From contig OY762209.1 of NCBI GenBank assembly GCA_963665295.1, positions 96,001-160,000 of the forward strand: a stretch of 64,000 nt of DNA, written 5' to 3'. Under the pieces are notes generated by a model. That model saw only the letters and a program-made list of their open reading frames with translations. It had not been told where the DNA came from and did no database searches. Of the stretch, positions 28,495 through 38,661 are shown in pieces. The stretch is from Syntrophorhabdaceae bacterium. GTDB taxonomy: Bacteria > Desulfobacterota > Syntrophorhabdia > Syntrophorhabdales > Syntrophorhabdaceae. Numbering within the stretch: position 1 is the first letter of the stretch; every line of letters starts with the position of its first letter. The translations under genes and the position numbers were made by a program.

Positions 28495-29892
28495 ATGGCG
28501 AGCAGGACGTTGAGTATAGGAGAGGTTTTTGACACGAGTCGGTTCACGGTGTATCAGACTTTGGTTTGCAGTCTCTGTTTTCTTGTCACATTTCTGGATG
28601 GCTTCGACTTGACGGTTGTGGGGGTGGCGTTACCTAAAATTGCTGATTTTCTGCACTCAAAGCCCAGTTCTCTCGGGTTGGCCCTGGGGGCCGGTCAATT
28701 TGGACCCCTGATCGGCGCAGTCGTTCTGGGCATGCTTGCAGACCGCTGGGGCCGCAAGTGGATGCTCTTCGTCTCCGCGGTGATCTTCGGACTCTTCACG
28801 CTCATGACCGTATTCATCACCACCGTGGAAGAACTTGCCCTCTACCGTTTTCTCGCGGGAGTCGGGCTGGGCGGGGCGGTCCCCAATGCCCTTACCTTCG
28901 GCTCCGAATATTCTCCGACCAGGGCCCGCGCGGGCATGGTGGCCACCATGTACGCGGGTATGCCTGCGGGTGCCATGATAGGGGGACTCCTTGCCGCGTA
29001 CCTGATCCCCCATTTCGGCTGGAAATCGCTTTTCATCCTGGGAGGGGGCATACCCCTTGTCATCGCCCTTATGATTGCCCTCATTCTTCCGGAGTCACTC
29101 GAATTTCTCGTCCGGAAGAGCACCAAGAAGAACCTGACTCGGGCTCGTAAAATCATTGCGAGAATCTCCCCTGCCCTCGCGAACGACAAGGGAGTGACCT
29201 TTATCTCGAGCGCGAAGAAGGTCGCCGGCGTGCCTGCCAAACGTCTTTTCACCGAAGGGCGCGCCCTCACCACGGTGCTCCTGTGGGTCACGTGCTCCGC
29301 GGCTCTCTATATGCTCTGGATACTCAACACGTGGTCTCCCACATTGCTGCGCAAGGCGGGCGCAACGGTTCAGCAATACAGCCTCGCCTATTCCTATCTC
29401 TGTTTCGGCGCGGTAATCTCATCCATATTCGTAGGTCGCATGATGGATAAGCTTAACCCCTTCAGGGTGCTGCAGGTGGGCTTCACTTTCGCCTTCCTCA
29501 GCCTCGTGGCATTCGGTTTTGCCGCCAAGAGCGGTTCCTTCGTCGTTATCGCCGTTCTGTCCGTTATCTGCGGCATTTGCATAAACGGGAGCCAGACCGG
29601 CACCCTGGCGGTTACCACCGTCTCCTATCCTTCCGACATCAGGGGAACGGGGATCGGCTGGGCATACGCCGTCGCCAAGATAGGCGCCATGGGCGCTCCC
29701 ATCGTGGGAGGCATCATGCTCGAAAGGAATTGGGGCGTCACCGAACTCTGCGGCGCAAACGCCCTGGTAGGTATCTTCACCGCTGGCGTCCTCGTAGTCC
29801 TTCAGAGGCACGTGGCAAACAGCAAGGAACGGGCCGCCCGCAACGCCGTGACGGAGCAGCCGGAAACCGTGGCAGCTGTGGAGGCCTGTTGA
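28495..29892 (+). CDS. MFS transporter, aromatic acid:H+ symporter (BenK/PcaK-like) family
   Basis: LDGFD in TM1, GMLADRWGRK, RFLAGVGLG, EYSP, LPES, YPSDIRGTG; RBS GGGAGG. Confidence 0.9.
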   Translation: MASRTLSIGEVFDTSRFTVYQTLVCSLCFLVTFLDGFDLTVVGVALPKIADFLHSKPSSLGLALGAGQFGPLIGAVVLGMLADRWGRKWMLFVSAVIFGLFTLMTVFITTVEELALYRFLAGVGLGGAVPNALTFGSEYSPTRARAGMVATMYAGMPAGAMIGGLLAAYLIPHFGWKSLFILGGGIPLVIALMIALILPESLEFLVRKSTKKNLTRARKIIARISPALANDKGVTFISSAKKVAGVPAKRLFTEGRALTTVLLWVTCSAALYMLWILNTWSPTLLRKAGATVQQYSLAYSYLCFGAVISSIFVGRMMDKLNPFRVLQVGFTFAFLSLVAFGFAAKSGSFVVIAVLSVICGICINGSQTGTLAVTTVSYPSDIRGTGIGWAYAVAKIGAMGAPIVGGIMLERNWGVTELCGANALVGIFTAGVLVVLQRHVANSKERAARNAVTEQPETVAAVEAC

Positions 29893-29905
29893 ATTATGCC
29901 TCTCA

Positions 29906-29934
29906 CTCCGGGTCGGGTCTAACCCGGCCCGGAG
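29906..29934 (+). terminator. GC-rich hairpin after the MFS gene
   Basis: CTCCGGGTCGGG...CCCGGCCCGGAG; no clear U-tract. Confidence 0.45.
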
Positions 29935-30073
29935 CATTGCACCCGCTGTTCCCTTTGTGCCCTTCCCTGTGGTGCCGCCTTTCTCCGGCAATCTGCCGTC
30001 TCCTCGGTGAATTTGCTTTTTCCCTCTTGTGGAGGGTAAACTTTACCGTGCAAAATTCGTGGGGAGAGTAATT

Positions 30074-31282
30074 ATGCGAAGAAAAACAGTTGAAGTCGTG
30101 GTGGGTGATATCGGTATCGGCGGGGACAACCCCGTTCGCATACAGTCCATGACCAACACGCCGACTTCGGACATCGACGCCACGGTGAACCAGATAATCG
30201 AGTTGTGGGAAGCCGGCAGCGAGCTTGTGAGGTTCACCGTCAAGGATGACCCGGATGCTCAGGCGGTTCCCCGCATACGGGACAAGCTGCGGCTGAAGGG
30301 CTGCGATGTTCCTATAATAGGAGATTTCCATTACAATGGGCAGAGGTTGTTGACGACCTATCCCGACTGCGCCCGGGCTCTGGACAAATTGCGGATAAAC
30401 CCCGGCAATGTCGGCTTTGGCGATCATAGGGACGCCAACTTCGAGACCTTCATCACACAGGCAATCCTCTACGACAAGCCCGTGAGAATAGGGGTCAATT
30501 TTGGAAGCATGGACAAAAGGGTATTCCAAAAACTCCTTGAGGAGAACGCCGGGAAACCCGATTCGGAGAAAAAGACGAGCGAGGAGGTCTCTGTTGACGC
30601 CATGGTCGTAAGCGCCATGGAATCCGTCAAAGCGGCCGAAAAGATAGGACTGCCTCACAATAAGATAGTCCTTTCCGTCAAGGTCAGCCGGGTTCTCGAA
30701 ATGATAGAAGCCAACCGGTTGCTGTCCGCACAATCCGACCTCCCCTTGCATTTGGGGGTTACGGAAGCAGGAATGGGGATCAAGGGCGCAGTCGCTTCCA
30801 CGGCAGGACTGAGCGTGCTGATCCACGAGGGCATAGGAGACACCATCAGGACGTCCCTCACTCCCTCACCAAAAAGTTCCCGTACGGAAGAGGTAATTGT
30901 CTGCCAGCAGATACTTCAGTTCCTGGGCAAGCGCAACTTTCTTCCCACCGTGACCAGCTGCCCGGGATGCGGCAGGACCGCCTCCTCGGCTTTTCAGGGG
31001 ATTGCCGAAGAAATCACCATCTACCTCAACGAGCGGACGCCTGTCTGGCGAAGGAAGGGATACAGGGGATTTGAAGGGATGGTGGTTGCGGTCATGGGAT
31101 GCGTGGTAAACGGCCCGGGAGAAAGCAGGGATGCCGATATCGGTTTGAGCTTGCCGGGAAGGGGGGAAGATGCGGCCGCGGTAGTCTTCGCGGACGGCGC
31201 CAAAGCAGGCACCTTATCCGGCCCCGACCGGGTTGGGGACTTCAAGAAGATGATTGAAGCGTACGTTCTTCGCCGGAGGTGA
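30074..31282 (+). CDS. ispG: (E)-4-hydroxy-3-methylbut-2-enyl-diphosphate synthase
   Basis: IQSMTNT, RINPGN, RIGVN, LHLGVTEAG, GIGDTIRTSLT, SCPGCGRT, MGCVVNGPGE. Confidence 0.97.
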   Translation: MRRKTVEVVVGDIGIGGDNPVRIQSMTNTPTSDIDATVNQIIELWEAGSELVRFTVKDDPDAQAVPRIRDKLRLKGCDVPIIGDFHYNGQRLLTTYPDCARALDKLRINPGNVGFGDHRDANFETFITQAILYDKPVRIGVNFGSMDKRVFQKLLEENAGKPDSEKKTSEEVSVDAMVVSAMESVKAAEKIGLPHNKIVLSVKVSRVLEMIEANRLLSAQSDLPLHLGVTEAGMGIKGAVASTAGLSVLIHEGIGDTIRTSLTPSPKSSRTEEVIVCQQILQFLGKRNFLPTVTSCPGCGRTASSAFQGIAEEITIYLNERTPVWRRKGYRGFEGMVVAVMGCVVNGPGESRDADIGLSLPGRGEDAAAVVFADGAKAGTLSGPDRVGDFKKMIEAYVLRRR

Positions 31283-31456
31283 CCCTCGTCACATTTTCGC
31301 TTTGTCAAATCATGGTAGCCTTATGACATCGGAGTAAAGGAAGCCTGTCGGAAAAACGTGCAATATAAGGTAGCCATATGGCAAAAGAGGCTGGCCGTTT
31401 TCGTGACCCGTCGATGGCGTGCGTCAAACCGGGCCGTATGGAAGAGGAATAGGGAA

Positions 31457-32107
31457 ATGAAAAGATTCATTGTGGCAAGTATTGTGACACTTCTGGTCGT
31501 CCCCGGTTTCGGAGCGGGGGCCGGGCATTGCTTCAACCCTGCCGACCTTCAGCACCTGAAAAAGACCTTGCGATGCCCGGGATGCGACCTGTCGGACGCG
31601 GGCCTCAATGGCCTCAACCTGAGCCACGCACGGCTTGTGGGTGCCAATCTGACCGGCGCAAACCTTTCAGGGGCGAACCTCGGGGGTGTGACTCTCAGCA
31701 ATGCCGACCTCACGAGGGCAGACCTCACGGGGGCGAACCTGTCCGCCGCCCGTCTCCGCCGTGCGGACCTTGAAGGGGCAGACATATCCGGGGCGGTGCT
31801 CGACCATGCGGACCTGTCCGGGGCGAACCTCACCCATGCAAAATTGTGCAAGACCAAAGGGGCCAATGCAATCATGCGCGGCGCAGACCTGTCGGGGGCA
31901 AGCCTCGATAGTGCCCTCCTCGAACATATCAGTCTCAGGGGAGCAAACCTCTCGAGCGCCGATTTCTCACATGCCAACATTACCAATGCCGACCTGTCCG
32001 GGGCGAACCTGTCAGGTGCAAACATATCCGGGGCGAACCTTTCCGGCACCACATGGCAGGATGGGGTAAGCTGCAAGGAATCCTCGGTAGGGATATGCAA
32101 GAAATAG
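31457..32107 (+). CDS. secreted pentapeptide repeat protein
   Basis: Signal peptide, CPGCDL, many A(N/D)LxG repeats, C-terminal TWxDGxxC...C. Confidence 0.9.
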   Translation: MKRFIVASIVTLLVVPGFGAGAGHCFNPADLQHLKKTLRCPGCDLSDAGLNGLNLSHARLVGANLTGANLSGANLGGVTLSNADLTRADLTGANLSAARLRRADLEGADISGAVLDHADLSGANLTHAKLCKTKGANAIMRGADLSGASLDSALLEHISLRGANLSSADFSHANITNADLSGANLSGANISGANLSGTTWQDGVSCKESSVGICKK

Positions 32108-32216
32108 GGTTTCCCTCGACGTAACCCCGCTGCGGTGACCGCGTATCCCCGGTATGGAAGGCAGGAGAATATGCGGGAACGGTCGATTCTCAATCTCAGC
32201 AGTTATGGGCTTCCGG

Positions 32217-32669
32217 CTACTTTCCTCTCAAAAGTGCCTGGATCAGGTCATCGAGACGCTGGAGGAAACGGGAGTTGTCCCGTTGTTTGCGGGGAGTGGG
32301 GCCACTCATGTTGTTTCCCAGGTCGCGAAGGTAGGTCATCAGGTCCCTGTGGGCGAGGGCTTCACCGATGGAGTCTTCGGTAAAGACACGGCCGCTGGGA
32401 TCCAGAACCCGGGCGCCTTTTTTCAGACACCGCGCTGCCAGAGGCACATCGCCCGACACCACGATGTCCGTACCGGTGACGCGCTCCTCGATCCAGTTGT
32501 CCGCGGCATCGAGGTCTTCTTCAACGACTACCATCTCTATGAGATCGCTTTTCGGAAAGCGCATCTTGAAGTTGGCCACGAAGTAGACTTTCAGGCCGTA
32601 CCTTTGGGCTACCCTGAGCACTTCCTTCTTCACCGGGGAAGCATCGGCGTCAACGTATATCTCGATCAA
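32217..32669 (-). CDS. YaiI/YqxD family protein
   Basis: IYVDADASPVK, DAADNWI, DVPLAARC; TTG start inferred. Confidence 0.88.
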   Translation of the reverse strand: MIEIYVDADASPVKKEVLRVAQRYGLKVYFVANFKMRFPKSDLIEMVVVEEDLDAADNWIEERVTGTDIVVSGDVPLAARCLKKGARVLDPSGRVFTEDSIGEALAHRDLMTYLRDLGNNMSGPTPRKQRDNSRFLQRLDDLIQALLRGK

Positions 32670-32849
32670 ATCATATCCTTTCGGTTTTCGGCAACGCGAA
32701 TTCTCCGCACGAAGGCACACCTGTGCCCTGCGGGCCGCCTGCAACGTCTCGTCGAGCAGTTATACATTTTAGCGGTCAGAAAATCAAGCCGGCCGTCAAC
32801 CGTTAAGGGCCGTCGGGAAGAGACGCCTTACGACGGGCGACCCGAACGG

Positions 32850-33806
32850 TTAACGGTCCGCGAATTCAATGATAGCAGGGATCACTGTCCCGGGCGCCTC
32901 TTCCATCAGCCAGTGCCCCGATCCCGGGACAACCAGGCCCCGCACATCGGATGCCACCATTCTCGCCTGCTCGATAAGAAAATTGCCGCTCGCCTTCTCC
33001 CCGGTCAGGACCAGCACCGGCATGGAAAGGGGCGTCTTGCCGAGGAGGGCGAAGTCCGCCGCGTCGCGCTCGAAGTTCCGGAAGTATTCAAACCCGGCGC
33101 GCATGCCTTCGGCCCTGGCGTAAGCCGAGGCATACACACGGCGGTCGGCCTCGGGCACCGAATGTCCCGGGTCCGCCGCGAAGTCGTTCCAGAAGTGTTC
33201 AAAGTATATCCGCTCCCGTCCCCTGACCAGGGCCAGCGGCACCTCGCCGTAGAAGTGGAAATGCCACAGGTCGCGCATGAGCCAGACGTCCTTCCAGTTG
33301 CCTATGCCGGGCAGAAAGGCGTCCATGAGGACCACGCGATCGGTCCCCTCAGGAAACCGGGCCGCATAGGCATAGGCCACCATCAATCCTATATCGTGAC
33401 CCACGACGGTCACTTGGTCAAATCCCAGAGAAGAAGTCAACTCGTGAATATCCAAGGCCATATTCTTCTTGTCGTAGCCTGACGCCGGTCTGGCCGACCT
33501 GCCCGCCCCGCGCAGGTCGGGAACAATGACCCTATGTCGTTGGGCGAGAAGAGGCATGATGGGTTGCCACATATGGCCGGTCTGCGCGTAGCCGTGGAGG
33601 AGGACCACGGGACTGCCTTTCCCGCCTATGAAGTAATGCAGCCTGACTCCGTTGACCTCGGCAAAACGCGAGACAAAGCCTGTGGGTAATTTCCCGGCTG
33701 CCGCCGAAATAGGGCCGGACGGCGGCCGCGGCACTGCTCCGGGGCGCTCTGCGGCGTCGGCAGGGACGTTACGTCTACCTGTGAACGGTATCATGTGAAC
33801 GATCAT
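32850..33806 (-). CDS. alpha/beta hydrolase (epoxide hydrolase/dehalogenase-like)
   Basis: LLHGYAQ, PDLRGAG, GHDIG nucleophile Asp, SGHW. Confidence 0.88.
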   Translation of the reverse strand: MIVHMIPFTGRRNVPADAAERPGAVPRPPSGPISAAAGKLPTGFVSRFAEVNGVRLHYFIGGKGSPVVLLHGYAQTGHMWQPIMPLLAQRHRVIVPDLRGAGRSARPASGYDKKNMALDIHELTSSLGFDQVTVVGHDIGLMVAYAYAARFPEGTDRVVLMDAFLPGIGNWKDVWLMRDLWHFHFYGEVPLALVRGRERIYFEHFWNDFAADPGHSVPEADRRVYASAYARAEGMRAGFEYFRNFERDAADFALLGKTPLSMPVLVLTGEKASGNFLIEQARMVASDVRGLVVPGSGHWLMEEAPGTVIPAIIEFADR

Positions 33807-34086
33807 CCTGTTTCTCCTTCCGTGATTTCATTCGTCCTGCAGACAAGACCAACATGAGGGCTCCCGCCATCAGTCCGTTTCCGGCCCGGCCCTTCGGGAT
33901 ACACACCCCTCGGGTATTCCCGCACCGTGTTGCTTCATATTTGAAAGATATTGCTTAACGACTCCATGTCAAGGACCGGAAACGGATGGAGCCCGTAAAG
34001 AAGAACACCACCCCTCTTATTGAAGGATGGTGTGAGGACTTATCGGCTTACCTTACACAATTCACATTGTCGGGAAGCGTGAGGTG

Positions 34087-35220
34087 TCACTCATTGCAGG
34101 GGTCCTCTTCCGCGCGGCGCTTTTCACGTTCTTCCACCACGCAGTAGACGCCCTTCCCCGCGAACCCGGGTTCAAAGCAGCCACTGTCGGACACGCACGT
34201 GGCGGGTCGCCGGTCGCCTGATTTCCAGCGGTTCACCAGGCCCGGTTCCCTGATGAGGGGTCTGCAGAGCGCGATGTAATCGGCTATCCCCGTGGTTACC
34301 AGCCTTTCCGCGGTCTCCACGGCGCGTATGCCGCCCACCAGAATGAGAGGGACCTGGACCGCCTCCTTGAACTTTTCCGCCGCTGCCTCATAGTAGGCTT
34401 CCGGCTCCCCGGGGCGCGGTTTCCCTTTGCGGGATGGGTTATTATTCCCGGAGAGAAAAGTCCCTCCGCTCATCTCGATGGCGTCGATGCCGGCATCCCG
34501 GAGCATGGCTGCGGCACGGATCATATCGTCCACAGTAAGGCCGCCTGGAAGGAAGTCCTCGGCGTTGAGCTTGGCGAGTATGGGGAAATCGGGTCCTGTC
34601 GCGTTCCGGATTCCTTCAAGTATCCGGACCGCAAGGCGCGTCCTGTTCTCGATACTGCCCCCATAGTCATCTTTTCTCTTATTGAAATAAGGGGAAAGGA
34701 ACTGGCTCAGCAAGTATCCGTGGGCCCCATGGATCTGGACCCCGTCGAACCCCGCGGCCCGGGCCCTCTCTGCCGCGCGGACGAAAGCGTCCGTAACCTC
34801 ACCCATATCCCCTGGGGTCATCTCCTTTCCTACCGGTCCGGAGTCCGTTTCCAGGGCCGACGGTCCCATGGGCACAAGGCCGGTCAAGCGGGACGCCCCG
34901 TAGGACCCGGCATGAGCGATCTGGAGGACGATCCTTCCGCCTGCGCCGTGCACGGCCTCCGCCATCCCGGCAAGACCGGGAACCAACGTGTCGGAATAGA
35001 CGCCGAGTTGCCGGCTGCCCGCCTGTCCTTCCCGGCTTACATATGCATGGCCGCTGATGATGAGCCCCACGCCGCCGAGAGCGAGTTGTGTTTGCACCTC
35101 CACGAGCCTTGACGTCACCGCGCCGTCTTCCGCCGCCATCCCTTCCCACGTGGCCGAACGGACAAAGCGGTTCGCGAGGGTCATATTCCTGATCGAAGTT
35201 GATTCAAAAAGTACGGACAT
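34087..35220 (-). CDS. NADH:flavin oxidoreductase (old yellow enzyme family)
   Basis: NRFVRSAT, LQIAHAG, GFDGVQIHGAHGYLLSQFLSP, YGGSIENR. Confidence 0.93.
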   Translation of the reverse strand: MSVLFESTSIRNMTLANRFVRSATWEGMAAEDGAVTSRLVEVQTQLALGGVGLIISGHAYVSREGQAGSRQLGVYSDTLVPGLAGMAEAVHGAGGRIVLQIAHAGSYGASRLTGLVPMGPSALETDSGPVGKEMTPGDMGEVTDAFVRAAERARAAGFDGVQIHGAHGYLLSQFLSPYFNKRKDDYGGSIENRTRLAVRILEGIRNATGPDFPILAKLNAEDFLPGGLTVDDMIRAAAMLRDAGIDAIEMSGGTFLSGNNNPSRKGKPRPGEPEAYYEAAAEKFKEAVQVPLILVGGIRAVETAERLVTTGIADYIALCRPLIREPGLVNRWKSGDRRPATCVSDSGCFEPGFAGKGVYCVVEEREKRRAEEDPCNE

Positions 35221-35352
35221 GGGCTGTTCCCTCCCTGAAAAGGTGTTTGGGCCTCCAACCGGAAGCCATATCTATCTATTGTATGATTTTTTAAGCGCCA
35301 TGCGTCCATGAAAGGCCATCCGCCTCATCCGCGTCGCAATACTTCCGCTTGG

Positions 35353-37947
35353 TTAACGACGGGACCTTCCCCCACCGCCGCCCCGGCTCCAGCCGCCTCC
35401 GCCCCAGGCCCTGTTCTCTTCGGAGAGGCCTGCGCGGTCCCGGTCGTTGCTCGGGAGCGACAGGTTTCGCGGCGCTTCATAACGCGCCTCGGGACGGGCC
35501 ATGTCCGGTCGTTCACTGAAACCGCCTCCCCATCTTTCCGAGCCCCAGGAGGATGCCGCCGACCTCTGGTCTCCCTGGATTCTCGCCTGCCGTTCACCTT
35601 CAAGGGGCTCTATCGTGACCGGCTTCGAGGGCAATGTCTGGGTCTCTCTTATGGCGGGCGCCCGCACGTTATCCCAGCCTCCGCCGCCGCCGTACTTCTG
35701 CCAGCCCTCCCCGGTGCTCTTGTACACATTGCCGTCAGGTCCGGCATAATAGCTGGTAACGCCTGATTTTACCTCGGTGACACTCTTACCGCCGGGTCCC
35801 GTGGCCTTCTCGTATGTGACTGTATGCTCCTTGCCCGTATCCACGTTACCGTAGGTTACCGAACCGGCCCGTGCCGCCACGCCTGTTGACGGGTTGTACG
35901 TCGCCCCACGCTCGCCGTATGCATAGCCCCCGGTATACACGTTGGCAACGGACGCCTTCTGCCCTGCGGAGATCCGGCCTGTCACCGAATTGTATGACGT
36001 GCCCACCTTGTCGCTCCATCCGTTCCCTGTCCACGCGTTGTAGCCCACCGATGACCGCGACTCCGCTGTGGTGGGGCCCCAGTGCCGGTATACGTCCCCG
36101 GTGACGGCCGCCCAGCCCCCCGGACCCCACGCGGCTGCCCCGCCGTAAGGCCCCCGGACATAACCCGCGAAGGGAGAGTACGGCATGGCGCCCCAATAAG
36201 GCGCCGGTGCGTATCCCCAGTAGCTGTCGGATCCCGCGATCGCTGCGCCGAAAGCGCAGCCCATGTCGAATCCCATGGTCCATCCCGTCCAGGGGGTCCA
36301 CGTAGGATTTGCGTCGTAGCCGTACGTGACCGGCTCGCCATACCAGGTCGAATCTCCTATATAGGGTTCGTAGGCGTAGCCCGTGCCATAGACCACCACG
36401 TCGTCGGTGCTCACTATGGCGCCCATGTAACCCGGCGTATACCCGGTCACTACATACTTGGGCGTCGCGTCATAGACCTTCACGTAGGTAACGTAATATA
36501 TGGGTGAACTTGGGGGAATGGTGTAGACAGCCGCGGGAATGGAGGTGGCAACAATCCAAGGACCCTGAAAGTCGGGGGCCGCGAACCAGACGCCGCTCTT
36601 TACGGCATACCACTCCGTGGGCGAAACCATGATGATGGGCGTGGGCGAGTTGACCACATAGTTGAGGGTCGTGCCGGAAACGGGTTTTATTACCGGCTCC
36701 CCGCTCACTTCAGGGGCAAACCGGGCCTCGCCGCGGAAGACCCTTGCCGTGTGAGGAATTTCGTTGGCAATGACCGCCTCCCTCGCCTGGGGCGTCCCGG
36801 GTACCGAAGCCTTCACATTCTCTTTCGGACTATCGTCGGGTATCCTTGCGAAGTCGGGCGGAAGGTCCTTTCCTGCCACGTGTTGCCATGGACCGTCGAG
36901 CCCCGGAGCCTTGAACCAGCGGCCCGCGTCGAGGATGTAGGTGTACCCGTCCTTCATATTCCTGAAGAGGTTGGCACGCGTATTTCTCGCATAGAGAAGC
37001 GATGTCCCGTCGATGGGCGCAAAGTCCGGCGGGCCTTCCGTCACCACGAGTTCGGTAGGAGCGGTTCCTATGACAATTCCCGGGACACCGTTCTTCAGGG
37101 ACGCCTTCCTTCCCGTATTCTCCTCGTCCGGGGGGCCCTCCATCAGGTCGACTATGTTTCCTTTTGCGAGGTCGGCCGCAATCCTTGCCGCATCAGCGGC
37201 CGGGTTCGCCCACACCTGCCATGGACCGGAGAGGGACGAAGCTTCAAGAAAGCCGTCGAAGAGGTGAAGATAGACCTTGCCTGTCGTATCGCTGAGGATA
37301 AGGGCCCGGCTGTTGAGCACCCGCGAAAACGGCGTGCCCCGGACCGCGCGCCACGCGGGTTCGCCGTCTATGGGGATAAGCACCGTGGCCGACCGGGCGA
37401 ATATGAACCGTGGAGGCTCGTTCTTCACCGGCACCGCCCGTCCTTTCTTCTCCACTCCCGGAACGGCGAGGGCGGCGAGCATCCGGTCAAGGGATGGGGT
37501 GAAGGTGTAGGTGGAGAGAATCGTCCGGAGATTGTCCTGGAAGACGCCCTCCTTATCAGGGGCCGAAGGGAAGGTCGTTTTGGTGATCCTCACATTCGAG
37601 AAGCGCACAACACGGGACAAACGGTCCGTCTCGGTCACGGCGCTCACATCGATCACGCCGAAGAGAGGGTCTTTCGCCCCTTGAGGAAGGGCCGAGACTG
37701 CGGCACGGGCCGTGACATGATACCCGTCCCACTTTTCAAGCCGGGGCTGATATATGGTGTACTTTGTCCCGCCCGTATCTGCGGTCTTAGGCCATTTGTC
37801 GGGGGTGACCTCCGCGGCCGGCGGCGGGGAATCCTGCGGGAACGCCGGGGTATTGAAAAGGGCAACCACAAAAAGACAGAGCATGACCGCTGTGGGTATT
37901 GCGACGCATATCCGCCTCAAACCTCCCCTGCCTGTTTTCACTCCCAT
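35353..37947 (-). CDS. large exported protein of unknown function with Gly/Tyr/Trp-rich C-terminal half
   Basis: 864 aa with signal peptide; WPK...IYQP, DFARIP..SPK, YAGPDGNVYK motifs; RBS AAGGAAGGAGAGG. Confidence 0.7.
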   Translation of the reverse strand: MGVKTGRGGLRRICVAIPTAVMLCLFVVALFNTPAFPQDSPPPAAEVTPDKWPKTADTGGTKYTIYQPRLEKWDGYHVTARAAVSALPQGAKDPLFGVIDVSAVTETDRLSRVVRFSNVRITKTTFPSAPDKEGVFQDNLRTILSTYTFTPSLDRMLAALAVPGVEKKGRAVPVKNEPPRFIFARSATVLIPIDGEPAWRAVRGTPFSRVLNSRALILSDTTGKVYLHLFDGFLEASSLSGPWQVWANPAADAARIAADLAKGNIVDLMEGPPDEENTGRKASLKNGVPGIVIGTAPTELVVTEGPPDFAPIDGTSLLYARNTRANLFRNMKDGYTYILDAGRWFKAPGLDGPWQHVAGKDLPPDFARIPDDSPKENVKASVPGTPQAREAVIANEIPHTARVFRGEARFAPEVSGEPVIKPVSGTTLNYVVNSPTPIIMVSPTEWYAVKSGVWFAAPDFQGPWIVATSIPAAVYTIPPSSPIYYVTYVKVYDATPKYVVTGYTPGYMGAIVSTDDVVVYGTGYAYEPYIGDSTWYGEPVTYGYDANPTWTPWTGWTMGFDMGCAFGAAIAGSDSYWGYAPAPYWGAMPYSPFAGYVRGPYGGAAAWGPGGWAAVTGDVYRHWGPTTAESRSSVGYNAWTGNGWSDKVGTSYNSVTGRISAGQKASVANVYTGGYAYGERGATYNPSTGVAARAGSVTYGNVDTGKEHTVTYEKATGPGGKSVTEVKSGVTSYYAGPDGNVYKSTGEGWQKYGGGGGWDNVRAPAIRETQTLPSKPVTIEPLEGERQARIQGDQRSAASSWGSERWGGGFSERPDMARPEARYEAPRNLSLPSNDRDRAGLSEENRAWGGGGWSRGGGGGRSRR

Positions 37948-38025
37948 CCTCTCCTTCCTTCTTTCCCGTCCGGGTCACGTCTGCCTCATGGCAGCCGTCT
38001 TTTTCCCCATGGCGACGGGCTTTCT

Positions 38026-38631
38026 TCACTCCTTCCACGAGTATGAGTCGAGCTCCCTGTCCCTGTAAAACATGACGTTCCTGATACCCACGTCAACGAC
38101 CGCGCCGCTTTGGTCGAGTTCGTAGACATGCAGGCCCGGCGGGAACGACAAGGCCCCTGCAAAGGGGCTTCCTTCTTTTCCGATAACCGCCGTCGCCATG
38201 GCGGCGTCGTCAAGGGTCCATCCGGCTTTCATGAAGCGGCTCAGGGCCTCCTCCGTCTCGAAGATCAGTATGACCCGGAACTTGTCCGGCCCGCCCAACT
38301 CGGGTCTCAGTTGGATCATCTTCAGGAACCCCTCCTGTTTTGTGGTGTTCCTGACTGCTACACCCAGCGCCTTCGAGTCGCCCAAGAAGATGACCTGGAA
38401 TCCGTAGTCCGTGAAAACCGCGTAGCCCGCCGATCCCGATACTGCGGCCCGAGCGCGGGGTTTCGCGCTCAAAAGCTGGGACATGGCCGACTTTGCCATG
38501 TCGCGGAGCGAAGCCCGCTGATCTTCTTTTTCGGACTGGAGCGACGGGCCCGTTGAACAGGCTGTCGCAAGAGCCAGACACAAGGTTACCATTACCGCTG
38601 TCATAAATATGGGGGCAAACTTTTTCATCAC
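38026..38631 (-). CDS. YSC84/SYLF-related lipoprotein
   Basis: Lipobox LATAC; GYAVF, VILIFET..AL..F, VYEL...G and C-terminal YRDRELD pattern. Confidence 0.65.
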   Translation of the reverse strand: MMKKFAPIFMTAVMVTLCLALATACSTGPSLQSEKEDQRASLRDMAKSAMSQLLSAKPRARAAVSGSAGYAVFTDYGFQVIFLGDSKALGVAVRNTTKQEGFLKMIQLRPELGGPDKFRVILIFETEEALSRFMKAGWTLDDAAMATAVIGKEGSPFAGALSFPPGLHVYELDQSGAVVDVGIRNVMFYRDRELDSYSWKE

Positions 38632-38661
38632 TGTTTCATCTCTTTCATAATATAAACACCA

